From an uncultured Spirochaetota bacterium (GTDB taxonomy: Bacteria; Spirochaetota; Spirochaetia; SZUA-6; Fen-1364), in contig CAWGAA010000001.1 in assembly GCA_963820525.1 (NCBI GenBank), positions 2,400,001-2,464,000 of the forward strand: a DNA stretch of 64,000 bases, read 5' to 3'. Below, piece by piece: positions 58,550-64,000 of the stretch (position 1 is its first letter; each line of letters starts with the position of its first letter). The translations under genes were made by a program, and so were the position numbers. The notes below the pieces were generated by a model, which had not been told where the DNA came from, made no database searches, and was given only the letters and a program-made list of their open reading frames with translations.

Positions 58550-59815
58550 ATGGTTGTTGATTTCCCCTACTCCGATGTTCCCAGCCTGCGCATCCCGGAC
58601 GGTAATCTGCTCGGCGTATTCGCGGCCCGCAACCCCGCGCCTCGCGCGGGTGTCGACATGCTCGTCCGTGAGGCGCTCGCCTCCCCCATCGGGTCCCCCC
58701 GGCTCCGGGAGATGGCCCGGGGAGCGAAACGAGTCCTCATCGTCGTGGATGACAACAGCCGCCCAACCCCGGTCCATGCCATCCTTCCGCCGGTGCTGGA
58801 CGAGCTCGGCGCCGCGGGCGTCCAAACCTCGCGCATAGAGTTTCTGCTCGCGTTGGGGACCCACCGCTTCATGACCGATGAGGAGATCGCGGCGAAGCTC
58901 GGGAGGGGGGTAGCGGAGCGCTTCCCCGTTTTCAACCACGACTGGAACAATCCATCGGCCTGCCAGCTTATCGGCACGACGTTCAAAGGCGTCGAGGTAT
59001 GGATGAACAAGAAAGTGGTCCAGGCCGACCTCGTCATTGGAATCGGCCTGATCATGCCGATCGACGTGTGCGGTTTCACCGGCGGCGGCAAGATCCTCGT
59101 GCCGGGAACTTGTGGTAGAATCACCAACGACGAAATGCATTGGAATCGGGTCGGCGTGCCCGACGAGCAGGTGATGGGCAGGCGGGACAATGCAGTGCGG
59201 GCCGCGATCGACGAGATGGCGAGGAAAGCGGGGCTCGGCTTCATCGTGAACGTGATCCTCGATCCGCGCGCCGGAGTCCTGCACGCGGTGGCCGGCGACA
59301 TGGTCGATGCCCACCGCAGAGGATGCGAGCTCTCCTTCGAGGCCCACTCCGTCCGGCTTCCCTGCCAGGCGGATATCGTGGTTGCCGACAGCCACCCCTT
59401 CGACATCGATTTCTGGCAGGCGAACAAGGCCCTCGATCAGGCCGGCCTCGCCGTGCGCAAAGGAGGAGCCCTGATCCTCGTGACGCCCTGCGTGGAAGGC
59501 TTCTCGGCCACCCACGGCGAGCTCTCCCGGCACGGATACCCGCCCGTGGAGGAGATCAAGAGAATGGTCGAGCAGGGAACCGTGGGCTCGAAAGCCGTCG
59601 CCGTGCACATGGTGCAGGTGAGCAAGGTGGCTCGGGAGAGGGCGACGGTGATCGTGGTCACGCGGGGAATCTCCCCCGCTGACCTTCGAAGAGCGGGAAT
59701 GGAGCATGCGGCAACTCCCCAGGAAGGGCTCCAGAAGGCGCTCGAGCTGGCGGGACCGGGCGCGAAGGTCGCGGTCCTCCAGGGAGCCGCCCAGATGATC
59801 CCGCTCATCGGGTGA
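58550..59815 (+). CDS. larA: Nickel-pincer-dependent LarA-family racemase/epimerase homologue
   Basis: SPIGSPRL, DDNSRPTP, ALGTHR, NHDW, GFTGGGKILVPG, EMH, FWQANKAL, GGALIL. Confidence 0.9.
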   Translation: MVVDFPYSDVPSLRIPDGNLLGVFAARNPAPRAGVDMLVREALASPIGSPRLREMARGAKRVLIVVDDNSRPTPVHAILPPVLDELGAAGVQTSRIEFLLALGTHRFMTDEEIAAKLGRGVAERFPVFNHDWNNPSACQLIGTTFKGVEVWMNKKVVQADLVIGIGLIMPIDVCGFTGGGKILVPGTCGRITNDEMHWNRVGVPDEQVMGRRDNAVRAAIDEMARKAGLGFIVNVILDPRAGVLHAVAGDMVDAHRRGCELSFEAHSVRLPCQADIVVADSHPFDIDFWQANKALDQAGLAVRKGGALILVTPCVEGFSATHGELSRHGYPPVEEIKRMVEQGTVGSKAVAVHMVQVSKVARERATVIVVTRGISPADLRRAGMEHAATPQEGLQKALELAGPGAKVAVLQGAAQMIPLIG

Positions 59816-59845
59816 TGGGGCCGGAGACAAGGAGGCGCGGATACC

Positions 59846-60589
59846 ATGCACGCGAATCGGCTGGCCGTGGTGACGGGAGGGGCGCAGGGCATCGGCCGGG
59901 CAATCTGTCAGGCTCTCGCGCGAGAGGGAGCCGACCTCATAGTCGTGGACCGAAACTTCGCTGGGGCCGAAGAGACGGCGGACGCCGTGAAGACGCTGGG
60001 CGGAGAGGCTCGGGCGTTCATGGCGGATGTATCCGACGAGGATGCGGTGGTTCGCCTCTTCGCCGAGATCGCCGATCGGGGCCGCCGGCTCGACGTTCTG
60101 GTGAACAACGCGGGCATCTGCCAGCTCTGTTCCATCCTCGACCTTCGGGCCGCCGACTGGGACCGGGTATTGGCGGTGAATCTGCGCGGCACCTTCCTCA
60201 TGAGCCGGGAGGCCTTCCGTCTGATGAAGGAGCAGCGCGGGGGGAAGATCATCAGTATCGCCTCCGCGGCGGCCAAGATCGGCGGCGTCACGGCAGGCGC
60301 TCACTACGCCGCTTCGAAGGCCGGCATCATCGCCTTCGCCAAGAGCCTCGCGCTCGAAGCGGCGCCGTACCGGATCAACGTGAACGTCGTCTGTCCTGGA
60401 CCGATAGAAACGGAGATGACCGACGCCTGGGGCGAGGAGACCAATCGGGCGTTCGCGGCGCGGATCCCCTGGAAGGAGTACGGAAAACCGGCTGATGTCG
60501 CCGAAGCGGTGGTGTTCCTTGCCTCCGAGCGGAGCCGCTATATCACCGGCGAAGTGCTTGACGTGAACGGCGGTCTGGTCATGGATTGA
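59846..60589 (+). CDS. Short-chain dehydrogenase/reductase
   Basis: TGGAQGIG, NNAG, YAASK, YITGEVLDVNGG. Confidence 0.95.
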   Translation: MHANRLAVVTGGAQGIGRAICQALAREGADLIVVDRNFAGAEETADAVKTLGGEARAFMADVSDEDAVVRLFAEIADRGRRLDVLVNNAGICQLCSILDLRAADWDRVLAVNLRGTFLMSREAFRLMKEQRGGKIISIASAAAKIGGVTAGAHYAASKAGIIAFAKSLALEAAPYRINVNVVCPGPIETEMTDAWGEETNRAFAARIPWKEYGKPADVAEAVVFLASERSRYITGEVLDVNGGLVMD

Positions 60590-60619
60590 GAGGAACGCGC
60601 GGCGGCACGGAGAAGGACC

Positions 60620-62086
60620 ATGAGCGGAGAACCTCCATCTTTTCTGAACCTCATCGGCGAGTCCTGGGCAGAGAGCTCGTCCCGGCGGACCTACGCGGAC
60701 GAAAACCCGTCCCACAGGGGCGCCGTGCTCGGCCTCTTCCAGGCATCTCTGCCCGAGGACATCGCCGCCGCGGTGGACGCGGCATCCCATGCGTTCCCCG
60801 CATGGCGTACGCAGGCTCTGCGAGAGCGGCAGGAGATCATCGGCCGTTTTCTCGCTTCTCTCGCAGGCGCGGTGGAAGAGCTTGCACGGATCATTGCTCT
60901 GGAGAATGGAAAAACGATCAGGGAAGCCCGCGCGGAGGTGGGCTCGGCGCTGGTCGAGGGCAGTTACCACCAGCACCAAGTCTCGCGGCTGATCGGTCAC
61001 ACTCTCCCCATCGGAAGCCCGGGGATCACCGGCTGGGTGCAGTACCAACCCCTGGGGGTTGTCGGGATCATAAGCCCGTGGAACTTCCCCATCAACGTCC
61101 TCTGCAGGAAGGCGCTTCCCGCCCTGCTCGTCGGCAACACCGTGGTGTTCAAGCCCGCCAGCTTTACCCCATGGTCGGCCGTTTTCCTCGCGAGGCTGTT
61201 CCGGGACGCAGGGCTTCCCGCAGGGGTCTTCAATTGCGTGACGGGGGCGGGTGCGACGCTGGGGGACGCCCTGATCGGAGATCCCCGGGTCCGCGCCATC
61301 TCATTCACCGGATCCACCGAAGTGGGCATTGAAATCCAGCAGAAGGCGGCGCGCCGTCTCTTGCGGACCCAGCTCGAACTCGGGGGAAAGAACGCCCTCA
61401 TCGTGACCGACGACGCGGATCTCGAGCAGGCGGCGTCTGCAGCCGTCGCGGCGGGGTTCGCGTGCGCGGGCCAGTGGTGCACCTCAACGAGCCGGATACT
61501 CGTCCAGCGAGGCGCGTATCGCGCCTTCATCGACGCCCTGGCGGCGCGCTCTGACTCTCTCGTGGTCGGTGATCCGCTGGAGGAGAAAACGGACATGGGG
61601 CCGGTAGCGGGCCCTGCCCAGTACCAGCGGATCGGGCAGGCCATCGAGAAAGCCAAAGTGCAAGGGGCCCGGATGATCACCGGAGGCATGGCAGCCGCAG
61701 CGGCCGGCGCCGCCGCTGATGGATACTTCGTGCGTCCCACGCTCTTTGCGGAGGTCACCCCGGAGATGGAGCTCTTCCGGACCGAAGTTTTCGGGCCCGT
61801 TCTGGCGGCGACGCGCTTCGATTCCCTGGAGGATGCACTCAGGCTGGCCAACGATTCGCGCTACGGCCTTTCCTCTGCGATCTTCACGCGAGATCTCGGC
61901 ACGGCGTTCGCCTACATCAATGGGATCGAGGCCGGATTGGCGCACGTCAACATCCACACCGGTTTCAAGGATCCCGCGCTGCCGTTCGGGGGATGGAAGG
62001 AATCCGGTTTCGGTATTCCGGAAAACGATCGGACGGGACTCGAGTTCTTCCTCGACCGCAAGGCGGTCTACGTCAAGACGGAGTGA
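60620..62086 (+). CDS. Aldehyde dehydrogenase (possibly 2,5-dioxopentanoate dehydrogenase-like)
   Basis: PWNFP, FTGSTEVG, ELGGKN, AGQWCT, EVFGP, PFGGWKESG. Confidence 0.93.
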   Translation: MSGEPPSFLNLIGESWAESSSRRTYADENPSHRGAVLGLFQASLPEDIAAAVDAASHAFPAWRTQALRERQEIIGRFLASLAGAVEELARIIALENGKTIREARAEVGSALVEGSYHQHQVSRLIGHTLPIGSPGITGWVQYQPLGVVGIISPWNFPINVLCRKALPALLVGNTVVFKPASFTPWSAVFLARLFRDAGLPAGVFNCVTGAGATLGDALIGDPRVRAISFTGSTEVGIEIQQKAARRLLRTQLELGGKNALIVTDDADLEQAASAAVAAGFACAGQWCTSTSRILVQRGAYRAFIDALAARSDSLVVGDPLEEKTDMGPVAGPAQYQRIGQAIEKAKVQGARMITGGMAAAAAGAAADGYFVRPTLFAEVTPEMELFRTEVFGPVLAATRFDSLEDALRLANDSRYGLSSAIFTRDLGTAFAYINGIEAGLAHVNIHTGFKDPALPFGGWKESGFGIPENDRTGLEFFLDRKAVYVKTE

Positions 62087-62093
62087 TCGGAAG

Positions 62094-64000
62094 GTGAAAC
62101 TGGCGAGCATCGACAGCCCCACGACGCTCCACCGCCTGGCGGTAGACGATTCGGACTGGAACGACGAGCCTCCCGCTCGGCTCCTGTGGATGGCGCAGCT
62201 GCTCCTGCTGATCCGGCGGTTCGAGGAAACGCTCCTGGAGCTCAAGGGCAGGAACCTCGTGCACGGTCCCGTGCATTCGAGCATCGGCCAGGAGGCGGTT
62301 GCCGTCGGCGCGGCGCTGGCGCTGCGGTCATCCGACACGATCGTCGGCACCCATCGGGCGCACCATCAGTACCTGGCGAAAGTGCTGAACGCAATGGCGC
62401 CGGCGGACTTCACTCCCCTCGCCGGCGGACTGACGACCGGCATGCAGGAGGCCGTGAGAGCGCTCCTGGGCGAGATCATGGGATTGCGGGACGGATGCTG
62501 CGGCGGCCGGGGAGGCTCCATGCACCTGTTCAATCCCGAAGCGGGGGTGATGGGGACGAACGCGATCGTCGGGGGCGGGATCCCCATGGCAACCGGCGTC
62601 GCATGGGCGAACCGAATGACGGGGAGGGACGGAGTGACCGTCTGCTTCTTCGGAGACGGCGCCGTATACCAGGGAACATTGCACGAATCTGCCAATCTCG
62701 CGGCGCTGTGGAAAGCGCCGATCATCTACTTCATCGAGAACAACCAGTTCGCCGTAGCGACCAGACGGGCGGATGCCTGCTCGGCGAAAGAGCTGGCAGA
62801 TGTGGCCCAGGCCTACGGGATGCGTTCCCTCCAGGTCGACGGCATGGATCCGCTGGCCGTGATGCGCGCGGTCCGGGAGGTCGTTCGGCTTCGCACGCAG
62901 GGCTGGCTTCCCTGCTTCGTGGAAGCCGACACATACCGATTCCTTCACCACGCCGGCGGCAATCCCGGCAGCGCTTACGGCTACCGCAGCAAGGAAGAGG
63001 AGCGCAGGCGTCACGACAGGGACCCTCTGCTCAGGGTTCTTGACCGCCTGCGGAGGATGGGAATCCTCGACGACGGTACAGACCGGATATTAAAAAAGCA
63101 GGCGGAGGAGTGCATTTCTCGGGCGGTCGACTCCTGCACTGAGAAACAGGGGAATTCCGTCTCGATCAGGGAGAGGCTCTGGCCCAGGAAGGAGGATCTG
63201 GCGCTCGGTCTCCGCTCCGACGCCGATTATCACGGGGCGAGCTATGTGGAAGCCGAGGATCTGGAGTGCCGCAGGAAGCTCACCTACGTCGAGGCGATCG
63301 CGGCGGTAACGGGACGGTGGCTGGAGAAGGATTCCCGGGTGGTCGTTCTCGGCGAGGAGGTGGCCAACCTCGGGGGGGGCGCCTATGGGGCCACCAAGGG
63401 TCTCCACGCGCGGTTCCCCGGCCGGCTGATCAACACCCCGATCTCTGAGGCAGGGTTCTCGGGTCTGGCCTGCGGCGCCGCGATGAACGGCCTGCGGCCC
63501 ATCGTGGAGATCATGTTCTCCAGCTTCGCCCTCGTGGCGGCCGATCAGCTGTTCAACCAGATCGGGCAGCTGGGATACATCTACGGCGGACGATCCCCCG
63601 TCGCTCTCGTTGCGCGCATGCGCGTGGCCATCGGCCTGGGCTACGGCGCCCAGCACAGCCTCGATCCGGCGGCGCTCTTCAGCCTGTTCCCCGGATGGCG
63701 CATTTTCGCGCCCGCGACCGCCTTCGATTACATCGGGCTGTTCAACGCCGCCATGCTGGAGCAGGCTCCGACGCTGATCATCGAGCACCACGAGCTGTAC
63801 GGCCGCTCCTTCACCGTCCCGGACGGGGCGCCGGACCATCTCGTGCGGCCGGCGCGGGCGAAGATCGTCCGCCGGGGAGACGACTGCACGGTCCTCGCAT
63901 ACAGCGCCACCGTCTCCCAGTGTCTCCAGGCCGCCGAACAGCTTGCGCGCGATGGAATCGATGCCGAGGTGATCGACCTGCGGACCCTCGACGACGCCGG
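62094..64000 (+). CDS. Fused E1 alpha-beta TPP-dependent 2-oxoacid/acetoin dehydrogenase, runs off the window
   Basis: Not in the ORF track because it has no stop in the window. From GTG 62094: IRRFEE, HSSIGQEA, THRAH, GRGGSMH, TPP motif GDGA...ENNQFA, then in frame beta-subunit motifs LGEEV, NTPISEAG, GAQHS, EVIDLRTL. Confidence 0.92.
   Translation, partial: MKLASIDSPTTLHRLAVDDSDWNDEPPARLLWMAQLLLLIRRFEETLLELKGRNLVHGPVHSSIGQEAVAVGAALALRSSDTIVGTHRAHHQYLAKVLNAMAPADFTPLAGGLTTGMQEAVRALLGEIMGLRDGCCGGRGGSMHLFNPEAGVMGTNAIVGGGIPMATGVAWANRMTGRDGVTVCFFGDGAVYQGTLHESANLAALWKAPIIYFIENNQFAVATRRADACSAKELADVAQAYGMRSLQVDGMDPLAVMRAVREVVRLRTQGWLPCFVEADTYRFLHHAGGNPGSAYGYRSKEEERRRHDRDPLLRVLDRLRRMGILDDGTDRILKKQAEECISRAVDSCTEKQGNSVSIRERLWPRKEDLALGLRSDADYHGASYVEAEDLECRRKLTYVEAIAAVTGRWLEKDSRVVVLGEEVANLGGGAYGATKGLHARFPGRLINTPISEAGFSGLACGAAMNGLRPIVEIMFSSFALVAADQLFNQIGQLGYIYGGRSPVALVARMRVAIGLGYGAQHSLDPAALFSLFPGWRIFAPATAFDYIGLFNAAMLEQAPTLIIEHHELYGRSFTVPDGAPDHLVRPARAKIVRRGDDCTVLAYSATVSQCLQAAEQLARDGIDAEVIDLRTLDDA

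Noticed and set aside
58364..61048. Long antisense ORFs (894 aa here; also 23533-25893, 21554-23440, 34229-36202, 50272-52293, 52351-54408)
   Set aside because: Expected in high-GC DNA opposite real genes; they have no motifs of their own.

Overview
GC-rich bacterial chromosomal window, probably from a free-living spirochaete (Spirochaetia). This is inferred from the 'FAGGKQE'-type binding-protein N-terminus, an 'LLFSC' lipobox and a LacI-domain histidine kinase. I found no rRNA, tRNA, CRISPR array, transposase or phage genes. In order, the window holds: (1) a beta-mannan/mannoside phosphorolysis locus (two GH130 phosphorylases, a cellobiose/mannobiose 2-epimerase, and LacI with two visible operators); (2) a tandem ~107-bp REP-like repeat; (3) a Liv-type ABC transporter operon ending in a C69/secernin-like peptidase and an acetamidase; (4) two junctions where genes are cut off (~5.1 kb and ~13.5 kb); (5) an RRM RNA-binding protein with a long structured leader; (6) hom-apgM; (7) several two-component and cyclase genes; (8) a NodIJ-like exporter; (9) a LolD/FtsX/FtsX/LolA-like/beta-barrel envelope operon; (10) a stand-alone E2-like acyltransferase with an acyl-CoA ligase; (11) a ~16-kb divergent FadR-associated sugar/sugar-acid catabolic locus. 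The best candidate for an undescribed system is that last locus. It contains a nickel-pincer LarA homologue that keeps the cofactor-binding residues but appears to have lost one of the two catalytic histidines. Five otherwise intact genes carry single-base frameshifts, four in homopolymers, which suggests residual long-read assembly errors. All functional calls come from motif recognition by eye; no database searches were run.
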